Assembly (NCBI GenBank): GCA_038233555.1
Contig: JBBSLT010000001.1
Coordinates: 1 to 55,409, forward strand
Length of the DNA stretch: 55,409 nt
Source of the DNA: Acidimicrobiales bacterium
GTDB taxonomy: Bacteria; Actinomycetota; Acidimicrobiia; Acidimicrobiales; CADCSY01
Direction: 5' to 3'
The notes under the pieces were generated by a model. The model was not told the DNA's origin and did not search any database. It saw only the letters and a list, made by a program, of their open reading frames with translations. The translations under genes were made by a program, and so were the position numbers. Below, in pieces: positions 46,585-55,409 of the stretch (position 1 is its first letter; the number at the start of each line of letters is the position of its first letter).

Positions 46585-47667
46585 CTACACCCGGCGGATG
46601 GCGAGGATGGCGATGTCGTCGGTGACGGGAGAGGTGGCGAAGTCGGCGGCGGCCTCGACGAGGGACTTGCACAACACGTCGGGATCGGCGTCGGGATCAC
46701 GGCGCAGGTGAGCGGCGATGCGCTCCTCTCCGAAGAGCTGCTCGCCGTTGCGGGCCTCGGCCAGGCCGTCGGTGTACATCACGACCAAGTCGCCGCTCTG
46801 CAGCGAAATCTCCTGGCTGGTGTAGCTGGCCACCGGTTCGAGCGAGATCAGCGGACCGGTGGCCCGCAGCGGGCGCACCTCGCCGTCCTGCCAGTAGAAG
46901 CTGGCGGGATGGCCGGCGGAGGCGTAGCGCATGGTGCCGGCCTGGGTGTCGAAGACGACCACGCACATGGAGATGAACTCCTCGCCGCGGTCCATGCCGG
47001 AGATCTGATGGTTGAGCTCCTCCAGCGCCTGGGCCGGGTCGCGGTACTGGCGCAGGAACACCCGCAGCAGATGCTTGGCCTGAAAGGCACTGATCGACGG
47101 TTCGATGCCGTGGCCGGCCACGTCGCCGATCACCGCCGCCACCCGGGTGGGCGCCACCCGGAAGACGTCGTAAAAGTCGCCGGCCATCATGCCCGTGCCC
47201 GCCTCGTAGACGCTGCCCAGCTCGAAGCCGGCGATCTCGGGCACCTCCTCGGGCGCCAGGCGAGCGGCCCAGCGCTTGGGGGCCAGGGCCTCTTGGGTGA
47301 GAACCTCCTGGGCCCGCTGCTCGAGCTGGCTGCGACTCTCGGTGAGGCGGGCGTGGTTGAGCAGGAGCTGGGAGTAGCGCAAGGACAGGGCGACAGGCAC
47401 GAACAGCACCACGCTGACAAGGTCGGACCATCCCGACATGCTCACCGACCCCGCCAAGGCCACCAGGGCCAGGGCGCTGTAGAGGATGGTGGTGTGAGTG
47501 TCCTTGAGCAGGACGGCGCGTGCCACCTGGGCAGCCTCGGAGTGAGCCCCTGAGCTCTTGTCGATACGGCCCGAGACCCGATGCAGGCGCCGAGCCGATC
47601 GTCCCCACACGGTGGCGGCCAAGATTGCAGCGACGGCGACGATCCCGAGGATCGGGCGCTCGATCAT
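46585..47667 (-). CDS. Membrane-anchored PP2C-family (SpoIIE-type) serine phosphatase
   Basis: N-terminal TM helices, then GDFYDV, VIGDVAGHG, MYTDGLAEA. Confidence 0.85.
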   Translation of the reverse strand: MIERPILGIVAVAAILAATVWGRSARRLHRVSGRIDKSSGAHSEAAQVARAVLLKDTHTTILYSALALVALAGSVSMSGWSDLVSVVLFVPVALSLRYSQLLLNHARLTESRSQLEQRAQEVLTQEALAPKRWAARLAPEEVPEIAGFELGSVYEAGTGMMAGDFYDVFRVAPTRVAAVIGDVAGHGIEPSISAFQAKHLLRVFLRQYRDPAQALEELNHQISGMDRGEEFISMCVVVFDTQAGTMRYASAGHPASFYWQDGEVRPLRATGPLISLEPVASYTSQEISLQSGDLVVMYTDGLAEARNGEQLFGEERIAAHLRRDPDADPDVLCKSLVEAAADFATSPVTDDIAILAIRRV

Positions 47668-47757
47668 GAGTGGCGCAAGCGTACACCCGCCGGCTCCCAC
47701 CGTCGCACAATCCTCACTGCGCAATCCTCACCCAGAGGAGCGGCCGGACCGCTCGCA

Positions 47758-49065
47758 CTACCGGCGCCTCACCCGCAGCTTGACCGGGGTGTTCCCCAGC
47801 TCGAAGTGCTCCCGTACGGCCCGCTCGAGATAGCGCAGGTAGGTGGGGGCCAGCTCCCGGTTGGCGAAGAGGGTGAACGTGGGCGGCTCGGTGGCGCCCT
47901 GGGTCGCGTAGAGGATGCGACCTTCCGGCGATGGGTGAGCGGCCTGGGCGGCCTGGATGACCTGGTTGAGCTCCCGGGTGGGAACCCGGCGGCGGTAGGC
48001 ATCCACCGCCTGGGCCAGCGCCGGCGTCAGCTTGTGGATCGACTTGCCGGTCAGCGCACTGCCCTTGATGACCGGTGACGTCGACAGGAAGTGCAGGCGG
48101 TCGGCCACCTGGGCGGTCACGTCGGCCCGACCCTCGGCGTCAAGCAATTCCCACTTGTTGAGCAGGATCACCGTGGGACATCCGGCTGCGTCGATGCGTT
48201 CGGCCAGACGCTGATCCTGGTGGGTCACGCCCTCGGTGGCGTCGATCACCAGCACGGCCAGATCGGAGGCATCGACGGCCTGGAGGGCCCGGACCAGCGA
48301 GTAGTACTCGGTGGGGACGTCGATGCGCGACCGGCGACGCATGCCGGCGGTGTCGACGAAGCGAATGCGGCCGTCGGGCGTCTCCACCTCGGTGTCCACG
48401 CTGTCTCGGGTGGTTCCCGGCATGTCATGGACGACCGAGCGCTCGTCGCCGATGAGGCGGTTGAACAGCGTCGACTTGCCCACGTTGGGGCGCCCGACGA
48501 TGGCCACCGCCGGCACCCGGAGCTCAGCATCCTCGGTTTCGTCCTCGGCCGCCACCTCTTCCTCCTCGGGCGGCAGACGGGCGATCACCTCGTCGAGGAG
48601 GTCACCGCTGCGCCGGCCGTGCAGGGCACTCACAGGCCACGGGTCGCCGAGGCCGAGCTTGACGAACTCCCACACGTCGGGCTCGCGGGTCTCACCGTCG
48701 ACCTTGTTGGCCACCACGAGGACGGGAACGCCGGCCTTGCGGACCCGCTCGGCCACCGCCGCATCTCCGGGCGTGAGGCCCACGGTGACGTCGACGACGA
48801 GCAGCACCACGTCGGCCTCCGACCACGCCCGTTGCGACTGGGCGCTCACCGAGGCATCGAGCGGCCCGCCGGTGGCCGACCAGCCCCCGGTGTCGACGAC
48901 GCTGAAGCTGCGTCCGCACCACTCCGCCTCCACCGCCTTGCGGTCACGGGTCACCCCGGGCCGCTCTTCGACGATGGCCTCCCTGCGGCCCACGATGCGG
49001 TTGAGCAGGGTGGACTTGCCCACGTTGGGGCGCCCCACCACGGCGACGGTCGGCAGCTTGGTCAT
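47758..49065 (-). CDS. der: Ribosome-associated GTPase Der (EngA)
   Basis: Two G domains (GRPNVGKSTL twice; DTGG/DTAG; NKVD/NKWE) and a KH-like C-terminus. ATG 49065. Confidence 0.93.
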   Translation of the reverse strand: MTKLPTVAVVGRPNVGKSTLLNRIVGRREAIVEERPGVTRDRKAVEAEWCGRSFSVVDTGGWSATGGPLDASVSAQSQRAWSEADVVLLVVDVTVGLTPGDAAVAERVRKAGVPVLVVANKVDGETREPDVWEFVKLGLGDPWPVSALHGRRSGDLLDEVIARLPPEEEEVAAEDETEDAELRVPAVAIVGRPNVGKSTLFNRLIGDERSVVHDMPGTTRDSVDTEVETPDGRIRFVDTAGMRRRSRIDVPTEYYSLVRALQAVDASDLAVLVIDATEGVTHQDQRLAERIDAAGCPTVILLNKWELLDAEGRADVTAQVADRLHFLSTSPVIKGSALTGKSIHKLTPALAQAVDAYRRRVPTRELNQVIQAAQAAHPSPEGRILYATQGATEPPTFTLFANRELAPTYLRYLERAVREHFELGNTPVKLRVRRR

Positions 49066-50498
49066 GAGCGGACCCTGGCCTGGTCGAGCGCCCGGCGCAG
49101 GGCGAGCCCATCGGTAGCGATGACCTCGACCGCTCGGGGCAGCTCCGCTGGGGTCGTGCCGTCGAGGAAGCGGCCCTCGGAGAGGCACACGTCGGGAAGC
49201 AGGTACTGGTGTCCCTCGGGCTCCTCAGCCAACACCCGGGCCAGGTCGTCGCCCACCAACAGGCCGGTGACGCCGATGTTGCCTCCGAAGAACCGGTTCT
49301 CCACCGGAATGACCCGGAGGTCGTCGCGCCCAAGCGCACCCACCAGCGGCTCGAGCACCCGGGCCCCGTAGGTGCCGGTGAGGATGGCGACGGGCCGAGC
49401 AGCGTGGCGGGGGCGGGCGCGGGGCGACAGCGTGACCGGCCTGGGCCTGGGCGTGGGCGTGGCGGGCATGGCCATCGCCATGACGGGGGACTGCTCCAGG
49501 CGGGGAGCCCGGTAGCCCTCGGCGGGGGCGCCGTCGACCCACGCAAAGAAGCCCGGTCGAGTGCCGGTGGCCTCGTCTCGAAGTCCGAGAAACTCCGACT
49601 CGAAGGTGCGGGCCATCCCCACACCGTCCTCGTGCATGGCGAAGCCTTCGTAGGCCTCAGCGGGTGGGAATCCCCGCCCGGCGAGCAGGTAGTACTCATC
49701 GGCGGCGAAGGTCAGGCGCCGGCCCAGCAGCCGAAGGTACAGCTCCTGCCAGACCTCCACCGCATCCACCACCGCCTCGGCCTCGGCCGAGGTATGGGGA
49801 CGCAATGAGGACTCGTCGGACCACCGGCTCACCCCGAGGGGCACCACGCACAGCGAAGCCAGCTCCGGGTACTCGTCGAGCACGCCGGCGAGGGTGTCCT
49901 CCAGCACCTCTCCATCGTTCACCCCCGGGCACACCACCACCTGGCCATGCACGGTGACGCCGTGGTCGAGCAGAGCCCGCAGCCAGCGCAGACTGGTAGC
50001 GCCGCGGCGGTTGCGCAGCATCCGGGAGCGCACCTCGGGGTCGGTGGCGTGGATGCTGACGTTGAGCGGGCTCAACCCCTCGGCGACCACCCGCTCCAGG
50101 TCGGCTTCAGTGAAGCGGGTGAGGGTGGTGAAGTTCCCGTAGAGGAAGCTGAGACGGTAGTCGTCGTCCTTTTGGTAGAGGCTGGGTCGTAGACCGGGGG
50201 GAAGCTGGTGGATGAAGCAGAACTCGCAGTGGTTGTCGCAGGTGCGCACCTGGTCGAACAGCGCCGAGTGGACCTCGGCGCCCAACGCCGCTCCGGCCGC
50301 CTTGGCCACGGTGATGCTTCGGTCGAGCCCACCCCGACGCACCTCAAGCTCCAAGTCGGCCTCGTCAGCCAGGAGCTGCCATTCGATGACATCACGAGGG
50401 ACCCGGCCGGCCAGGGCAACGATCTCGTCGCCGGGATGAAGCCCGGCCCGCTCGGCCGGCGACCCAGGCGCGACGGCAACGATGCGAGGCGGGGTCAC
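49062..50498 (-). CDS. PDZ + DUF512 radical-SAM-like protein
   Basis: PDZ-like N-terminus (GSPAERAGLHPGDEIVAL), CDNHCEFCF cluster motif. ATGA overlap with the der start. Confidence 0.8.
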   Translation of the reverse strand: MTPPRIVAVAPGSPAERAGLHPGDEIVALAGRVPRDVIEWQLLADEADLELEVRRGGLDRSITVAKAAGAALGAEVHSALFDQVRTCDNHCEFCFIHQLPPGLRPSLYQKDDDYRLSFLYGNFTTLTRFTEADLERVVAEGLSPLNVSIHATDPEVRSRMLRNRRGATSLRWLRALLDHGVTVHGQVVVCPGVNDGEVLEDTLAGVLDEYPELASLCVVPLGVSRWSDESSLRPHTSAEAEAVVDAVEVWQELYLRLLGRRLTFAADEYYLLAGRGFPPAEAYEGFAMHEDGVGMARTFESEFLGLRDEATGTRPGFFAWVDGAPAEGYRAPRLEQSPVMAMAMPATPTPRPRPVTLSPRARPRHAARPVAILTGTYGARVLEPLVGALGRDDLRVIPVENRFFGGNIGVTGLLVGDDLARVLAEEPEGHQYLLPDVCLSEGRFLDGTTPAELPRAVEVIATDGLALRRALDQARVRS

Positions 50499-50527
50499 CG
50501 GTCAAGGATATGACCTGCACGCCGTCC

Positions 50528-51343
50528 TCAGGCGGTGTCCCACCACAACGTCACCACCCGACCGAGTTGCGCCCGGCCGTGTCGACGTAGGAGCGACTCG
50601 ATCTCAGCGTCCCGCTCGGGGCCTAGGCAGAGCTGGCGGCGCACGAAGGGAACGACGTCGGCCAGCTCCTCTTCGGCGTCGTCGCCCTCGGCCACCGGCC
50701 GCTCGAAGGCCTCGACCCCCACGGCCAGTCCCATCTCCTCGAGCACGGCCACGGCGTCGTCGGCGGTGGGCGAAGTGGGTCGCACCACCCCGTGGAGCTC
50801 GAGCCACAACGGGTTCGAGCTCGTCAGGGGGTGAAGGGCGGTGAGCTCCAGCACCACCCGGCGGCGGGCGGAGGCGGTCAGAGCGGTCACGAACGGAACC
50901 AGATCAGCCACGTTGTAGGCCACGTGGTGGCAGACCACCACGTCGGCCGGCTCGACCTCGGCGGCGACGTCGGGCCAGCCCCCTTGGACCTGCGCATGGG
51001 TCACGGACCGCTCCTCGGCGGCGGCGGCGAAGGTGTCGAGCATGGCCGCACTCTGGTCGACACCCACCAGGAGCGCCGCCGGAGGTGACAACGGCAGGCT
51101 GGCCGCGCCCCCGCCGACGCCCACGTCGAGCACCACGCCGCCCTCGGCCAGCACCTCCAGCGCCCGACGCCGGGACGGGCTCGCCACTGGATCGGCCAGG
51201 GCCCGGGCCGCCATGCGGGCGAAGCGCTCCGGAGGGAACGACCACGGGGAGGCGGGGGCGGCGGCGAGGATCTCGTCGGGAATGGCCCATGCCCCGAGCG
51301 CCTGCGTCCATCGCTGGGCCGCCGGGCTATTCGCCGTCACCAT
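50528..51343 (-). CDS. Class I SAM-dependent methyltransferase
   Basis: VLDVGVGGGAASL. ATG 51343. The ORF to 51874 is a run-on antisense to ispH. Confidence 0.8.
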   Translation of the reverse strand: MVTANSPAAQRWTQALGAWAIPDEILAAAPASPWSFPPERFARMAARALADPVASPSRRRALEVLAEGGVVLDVGVGGGAASLPLSPPAALLVGVDQSAAMLDTFAAAAEERSVTHAQVQGGWPDVAAEVEPADVVVCHHVAYNVADLVPFVTALTASARRRVVLELTALHPLTSSNPLWLELHGVVRPTSPTADDAVAVLEEMGLAVGVEAFERPVAEGDDAEEELADVVPFVRRQLCLGPERDAEIESLLRRHGRAQLGRVVTLWWDTA

Positions 51344-51361
51344 GGCGATACCGTAGGTCTC

Positions 51362-52402
51362 ATGCACGTGGAGCGGGTGTTGTTGGCTGCTCCCCGGGGC
51401 TTTTGCGCCGGGGTGGAGATGGCCATCAAGGCCCTGGCCTGGATGGTGCAGGCCTTCGAGCCGCCCGTCTACTGCTACCACGAGATCGTCCACAACCGCT
51501 TGGTGGTGGAGCGCTTCCGCGACCTCGGCGTGGTCTTCATCGACGACATCGCCGAGGTCCCGCCCGGTGCGCCGGTCATGCTGTCGGCGCACGGTTCGTC
51601 CCCCGAAGTCGTCCGGGCGGCGGAAGGCCATGGGGGTTACGTGGTCAACGCCGTGTGCCCGCTGGTCACCAAGGTCCATCACGAGGTCAAGGTGCGCACC
51701 GGCAAGGGCTACACCGTCGTCTACGTGGGCCACGAGGGCCACGACGAGGCGGTGGGGACCATGGCGGTGGCCCCCGAGTCGATCCATCTGGTGGAGAACG
51801 AAGCGGACGTCGCCGCCCTGCCCGACATCGGCCAGCCCGTCGCCCTGCTGGCCCAGACCACGCTCAGCCACCACGACTGGGCCGGGGTGCTCGACGCCAC
51901 CCAGCAGCGCTTTCCTGAGCTGTGGATGCCGGGACGCAGCGACTTGTGCTTCGCCACCACCAACCGCCAGTCGGCCCTGGTGGAGATCGCCGGGCGCTGC
52001 GATGCGGTGGTGGTGATCGGCTCGGCCAACTCGTCGAACACGGTGGCGCTGGAGAAGGTGGCGAAGGCTGCCGGCTGTTCCCGGGTGTTACGGATCAACG
52101 GGTCCGAAGAGCTGCCCGACGATCTCGCCGGCACCATCGGGGTGACCGCCGGTGCCTCGGCCCCCGAAGAGCTGGTGCGGGCCGTGATCGCCCGCCTCGA
52201 CCCCAGCGAGGGTGTCGAAGAAGTCGCCTACACCGCCGAGGCCGAGTACTTCCCCCCGCCCCGAGAGGTACGAGAGCTGCTAGCCGCCATCACCGCCGTC
52301 GCCTCCTTCGCCCTGGCCGCCCCCGCCGGCCCGGTCGCCCCCGCCGACCGCGACCTGGCCGCCAGCCAGGTCCTGGCCGGCCTCGCCTCCGCCGGCGGGT
52401 AG
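51362..52402 (+). CDS. ispH: 4-hydroxy-3-methylbut-2-enyl diphosphate reductase
   Basis: PRGFCAGVEMAI, SAHGSSPEV, GSANSSNT. Confidence 0.93.
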   Translation: MHVERVLLAAPRGFCAGVEMAIKALAWMVQAFEPPVYCYHEIVHNRLVVERFRDLGVVFIDDIAEVPPGAPVMLSAHGSSPEVVRAAEGHGGYVVNAVCPLVTKVHHEVKVRTGKGYTVVYVGHEGHDEAVGTMAVAPESIHLVENEADVAALPDIGQPVALLAQTTLSHHDWAGVLDATQQRFPELWMPGRSDLCFATTNRQSALVEIAGRCDAVVVIGSANSSNTVALEKVAKAAGCSRVLRINGSEELPDDLAGTIGVTAGASAPEELVRAVIARLDPSEGVEEVAYTAEAEYFPPPREVRELLAAITAVASFALAAPAGPVAPADRDLAASQVLAGLASAGG

Positions 52403-52419
52403 CCAGCCAGGCGTTGGTG

Positions 52420-52830
52420 TCAGGGTTCGCCGAGCAGGCGCAGATCGACCCCGATCAGTTCATAGACAGGAGCCGCCCGAGTATCCGCCGTGACGAGGAC
52501 GGCGCCGGCCAGCCTGACGGTCAGCGCAACGATGGCGTCATAGACCGACCCACCAGTGCGACCGTTCAAGGCCAGGCGGTGCACGAGGGCTCGCTGCTCG
52601 GACGCCGCCGGGGGTTCCAGGATGCCCGAAAAGCGGTCGTCTAACCATGCATCCACCAGATTCGGAGCAGCCCGGTGTGGCGGCGGGAAGCTGGTGAGCA
52701 CGGAGTAGGTCTCAAGGAGGGCGTGTGCCGGGAGCGCGGCGCCTTCGTCGAGAATGGCGCGTGCCTCGTCGTTTCGTCGGTGCCAATCGCCAAAGGCTGC
52801 AACCGCCACCGAGGTGTCGACGGCGTTCAC
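52420..52830 (-). CDS. vapC: PIN-domain toxin VapC
   Basis: NAVDTSVAVAAF..., SVYDAIVALTV..., LVTADTRA. GTGA overlap with the antitoxin gene. Confidence 0.8.
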   Translation of the reverse strand: MNAVDTSVAVAAFGDWHRRNDEARAILDEGAALPAHALLETYSVLTSFPPPHRAAPNLVDAWLDDRFSGILEPPAASEQRALVHRLALNGRTGGSVYDAIVALTVRLAGAVLVTADTRAAPVYELIGVDLRLLGEP

Positions 52831-53072
52831 CGCCGGAGCGATTCAGTGGCGGCCCGTACATCGTCGGCGTCGATCGGAGGAAGCGGCTCCTCGGTCGTGG
52901 CCACGAGGCCACCTCCTCGCCGAACCAGATGCATCGGCGAGGCTGCCGGTTCAAGCTCCAACCTTCCGTCGCGGATTCGAACATTTAGCGCTGTGCCACC
53001 CTCCAGGCCCAGCTCGTCACGCATCGCCTTGGGCACAACCACTCGACCCGCGCTGTCGATGGAGATTCTCAT
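52827..53072 (-). CDS. AbrB/MazE/SpoVT-type antitoxin
   Basis: MRISIDSAGRVVVPKAMRDELGLEGG. Confidence 0.8.
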   Translation of the reverse strand: MRISIDSAGRVVVPKAMRDELGLEGGTALNVRIRDGRLELEPAASPMHLVRRGGGLVATTEEPLPPIDADDVRAATESLRR

Positions 53073-53089
53073 GGTACAAATCTACCATG
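53070..53089 (-). promoter_or_regulatory. Operator/-10: IR catggta-caaatc-taccatg overlapping TAGATT, 6 nt before the ATG
   Basis: Read directly. The IR includes the start codon itself. Confidence 0.4.
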
Positions 53090-53131
53090 TCCGGCGGGCA
53101 GCCCCGGAGGTCGCTGCGCAGGCCCGATACA

Positions 53132-53917
53132 TCATGCGCCCACTTGGGTACGGCCGGTCGACACTCGACAACCACGCAGAGCCATGATCGAGCGCCGAGC
53201 CTGCGGATCCAGCTTCTCGATCGCAGTGCGCAGCGTTTCCCGCTTCACCTCAGCGATGTTCGCCTCAAGGTAGGTGATCACCTCGTCCGGATGAATCTGA
53301 CCCGCTACCTTGAGAAGCCAACTAACGCTCTTCTGAATGTAGATTCCCGGATCATCGAGAAGCCGTGACGTGTTGCCGAAGATCACCTCTAGCGGGAGCT
53401 CGTAGCGCTCGCCCCTGATCGTCCTTCGAAAAAGCTTCACCAGGGCGACGTTGCTGGCGCGTCTGGCCCACACGGATGGGGAATCGGACCAATGTCCGAT
53501 CGAGGTGATCAGATGGGGGTGGCCCATGAAGAAGGGATAGACGATCTTCAGACACAAGTCGTCGCATTGGGTCCAGTTGGAGACGAAGTGCTCGAGCCAA
53601 TGAAGGAAGCGATCGAGGAGATCATCATCGAAGTGGCGCTCGACGAGCTTGCCGATCAACGCGAAAGCCAAGATGACCTCCTCGTGATGGTGGGCCTCCT
53701 CCAAGAGCCGCTCGGCTGCCTCGAGGCGAGCCGACACGGTCAGTTCAGGGTAAGCGCGGACATGGCTGTCGGCGAGGGCCCTGACCGCGTTGTTTCCCAC
53801 ACCGAGAGCGCAGATCCCGCCAGGGAAGTAGCGCTGGATCGACCTTGCCGACTCCGGGCACGTTGCGGCCGCAAGAGAGCAGCGCAGCTCCTCCAAGGTG
53901 GCCTCGACTTGTGTCAT
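53132..53917 (-). CDS. DNA alkylation repair (AlkD-like HEAT-repeat) protein
   Basis: 261 aa from ATG 53917. ...HWSDSPSVWARRASNVALVKLF...LLDDPGIYIQKSVSWLLK resembles the DNA_alkylation family (from memory). The region is visibly more A/T-rich than the rest of the window. Confidence 0.7.
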   Translation of the reverse strand: MTQVEATLEELRCSLAAATCPESARSIQRYFPGGICALGVGNNAVRALADSHVRAYPELTVSARLEAAERLLEEAHHHEEVILAFALIGKLVERHFDDDLLDRFLHWLEHFVSNWTQCDDLCLKIVYPFFMGHPHLITSIGHWSDSPSVWARRASNVALVKLFRRTIRGERYELPLEVIFGNTSRLLDDPGIYIQKSVSWLLKVAGQIHPDEVITYLEANIAEVKRETLRTAIEKLDPQARRSIMALRGCRVSTGRTQVGA

Positions 53918-53973
53918 CGCGAGATGAGCGTGACGGGGGTAACCCACCGGCCGGGCCGACACTGTTCGCCCAT

Positions 53974-55170
53974 CTATGCCGCGAACATCTCCGGCGGCGG
54001 CCTCGGATGCTGGCCGGGTGGATGGCTGGTGAAGAGCCGCCCGCTGGGGTCGGTGACCACCAGCTCGGCGTCGGCCGTCAGCACCGCCGACCAGCCCGGC
54101 CGGTGCAGGCGCCGGTGGTGCCGACGGCACAGAAGGCAAAGGTTTTCGATCTTGGTGGGGCCGCCGTCCTCCACATGAACCACATGGTGGGCATCCGTCC
54201 ACACCGGCGGCCGGTCGCATCCCGGGAAGCGGCAGTAGCGGTCACGCACCACCAGGGCGTTGAACAGGTTGGCCGACACCACCCGGGTGGATGTGCCGTA
54301 GTCGAGCACCACGGAGCCCGCCATCATCACCCGATGCATGACCGAGTCGCACACCAGGCTGGCCAGCGATGGCCCGTCGAGCACCACACCGTCGACGCAC
54401 TCGCCGCCCCGGCCCGCCTCCAGGTCCTCGGCGGTGACGATGACGTTGACATGGGGGCGGTGACGACTGGAGGTGGGGTGCTCACGACCTTCGAGGAAGG
54501 CCCGGCAGATGTCGACGAGAGCCTCAGCCCGGCGCTCGCTCGGCGTACGAGGGGTCTCAGCCTCGTCGTCGGAACCGGTGGCCAGGCGCAGGGCGGTGGC
54601 GATGATCTCGCCGTCGAGGGCCTCCAAGTCGCCGTCGAGGCGCCAGCGCCCCTCCAACAAGGTGGACAGGTGCAGGCGGGACTTGGGCTCCTCGGCCTCG
54701 CCGTCGTCGAGGGAATCCTCGGCCAGCGCCGCCCAGGCCCGCATGGCGATGACCACGTCGGCGGTGGGCAGCGCCGCCAGGGTGGGGATGAGCTCGGCCT
54801 CGTGGCCGGCGAAGAGCTCGACGGTGCGATCCGACACGTTGGCCACGACGGCTCTGAGCTGGCCGCTCGAGAGGGTGCCGTCCAAAGCGGCGGCGGCAGT
54901 GACGGGCAGGACTCGAAGGCGCCGGGCCAGGCGCAGCGCCCGGGAAGCATCGCCGCCGGCCAGGCCGGCGTGATCCCGTAGCCAGGCGGTCATGGAGGTG
55001 GCGGCATCGAGGTCCCACAGCTCGGCCGCATCGAAGTCGCCGTAGGCCACCACCAACTTGGCCGAGAGCCGGTCGGCGATCCGCTGGGTGGAGGCCAGCT
55101 CGGCGCTGTCGAGGCCCAGCACCAGGCCATCGACCGCCTCTCCGAGCACCTCCACCGATCCCAGCACCAC
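53974..55170 (-). CDS. DUF222 + HNH endonuclease protein (REP13E12-type)
   Basis: CRFPGCDRP...DAHHVVHVEDGGPTKIENLCLLCRRHHRRLH. The N-terminal DUF222-like region is typical of the actinobacterial 13E12 repeat family. Confidence 0.88.
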   Translation of the reverse strand: MVLGSVEVLGEAVDGLVLGLDSAELASTQRIADRLSAKLVVAYGDFDAAELWDLDAATSMTAWLRDHAGLAGGDASRALRLARRLRVLPVTAAAALDGTLSSGQLRAVVANVSDRTVELFAGHEAELIPTLAALPTADVVIAMRAWAALAEDSLDDGEAEEPKSRLHLSTLLEGRWRLDGDLEALDGEIIATALRLATGSDDEAETPRTPSERRAEALVDICRAFLEGREHPTSSRHRPHVNVIVTAEDLEAGRGGECVDGVVLDGPSLASLVCDSVMHRVMMAGSVVLDYGTSTRVVSANLFNALVVRDRYCRFPGCDRPPVWTDAHHVVHVEDGGPTKIENLCLLCRRHHRRLHRPGWSAVLTADAELVVTDPSGRLFTSHPPGQHPRPPPEMFAA

Positions 55171-55409
55171 CGATAAGCATACACGTGTTTGTACAGGAAA
55201 GCAACCGGAAACTTACGAGAAGTCATAGCGGAGGCGATGACGTCCAGGGCTCGTCCCGGCGGCGAAGCGAAGCCGGCGGCAGAGATCAGTCCACCGAGCG
55301 ATGGAAGAAGTCAGATCCATGGCGCAATGGTGGTACTTCCCCCGCCCCCGGGAGATGCGGGAGCCGGTCGGTTGAGGTCGGGGATCAAGCTGGGTAGAAC
55401 CGTCGCTGA

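Noticed and set aside
55185-55397. 70-aa plus-strand ORF at the window end
   Set aside because: Composition (Arg/Ser/Gly-rich) and mixed third-position G/C do not look coding. The region is left unassigned. I compared it by eye with RNase P, tmRNA, SRP and cobalamin-riboswitch consensus features and found no convincing match.

Overview
This is a 55.4-kb, very GC-rich (roughly 70% by eye) chromosomal segment. It looks like Actinomycetota, because it carries a Pup-proteasome locus, OpcA, the fused FO synthase FbiC and a MarP-like protease. I could not run any homology search: product calls rest on motifs I recognise in the supplied translations, on third-codon-position G/C, and on gene-junction geometry. 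I support about 60 protein-coding genes and find no rRNA, tRNA or CRISPR array.

Gene content in order:
- A frameshifted nucleotidyltransferase remnant, then apt-relA, a cyclophilin and a group 1/2 sigma-70 factor.
- A complete pupylation/proteasome locus: mpa-dop-pup-prcB-prcA, an oppositely oriented DUF2007-like gene, then pafA and a DUF3866-like gene.
- Ferredoxin, then an operon of three small membrane proteins with trmI and a marP-like gene, and a LON-N-domain protein.
- dacB, recQ, and a TetR/FIST divergent pair.
- tkt-tal-zwf-opcA, then fbiC and a long LOG-family protein.
- An ABC exporter, a HAD hydrolase, and a Cys-rich protein coupled to a serine hydrolase.
- A GH-like lipoprotein, a GH13 glucosidase, and rnd-rhodanese-mobA-flavin reductase.
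- A PP2C / Zn-ribbon / Arch-ATPase trio, the DUF512-der pair, a methyltransferase and ispH.
- A lower-GC islet with an AlkD-like gene and a REP13E12-type DUF222-HNH gene.
- Five PIN-type (VapC) toxin-antitoxin pairs scattered through the window.

I see no obvious new multi-gene defence system. The items most worth a second look are:
1. A perfect 19-bp-stem palindrome that occupies exactly 21 codons in frame at the CofG/CofH junction of fbiC, plus a possibly related intergenic palindrome.
2. pafA followed after 7 nt by a DUF3866-like gene where pafBC usually sits.
3. A 30-nt hairpin present twice (28/30 identical) at convergent gene ends.
4. A -10 box and operator overlapping the start codon at all five TA operons, which implies leaderless transcripts.
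5. Several tightly coupled gene pairs or trios of unknown function.
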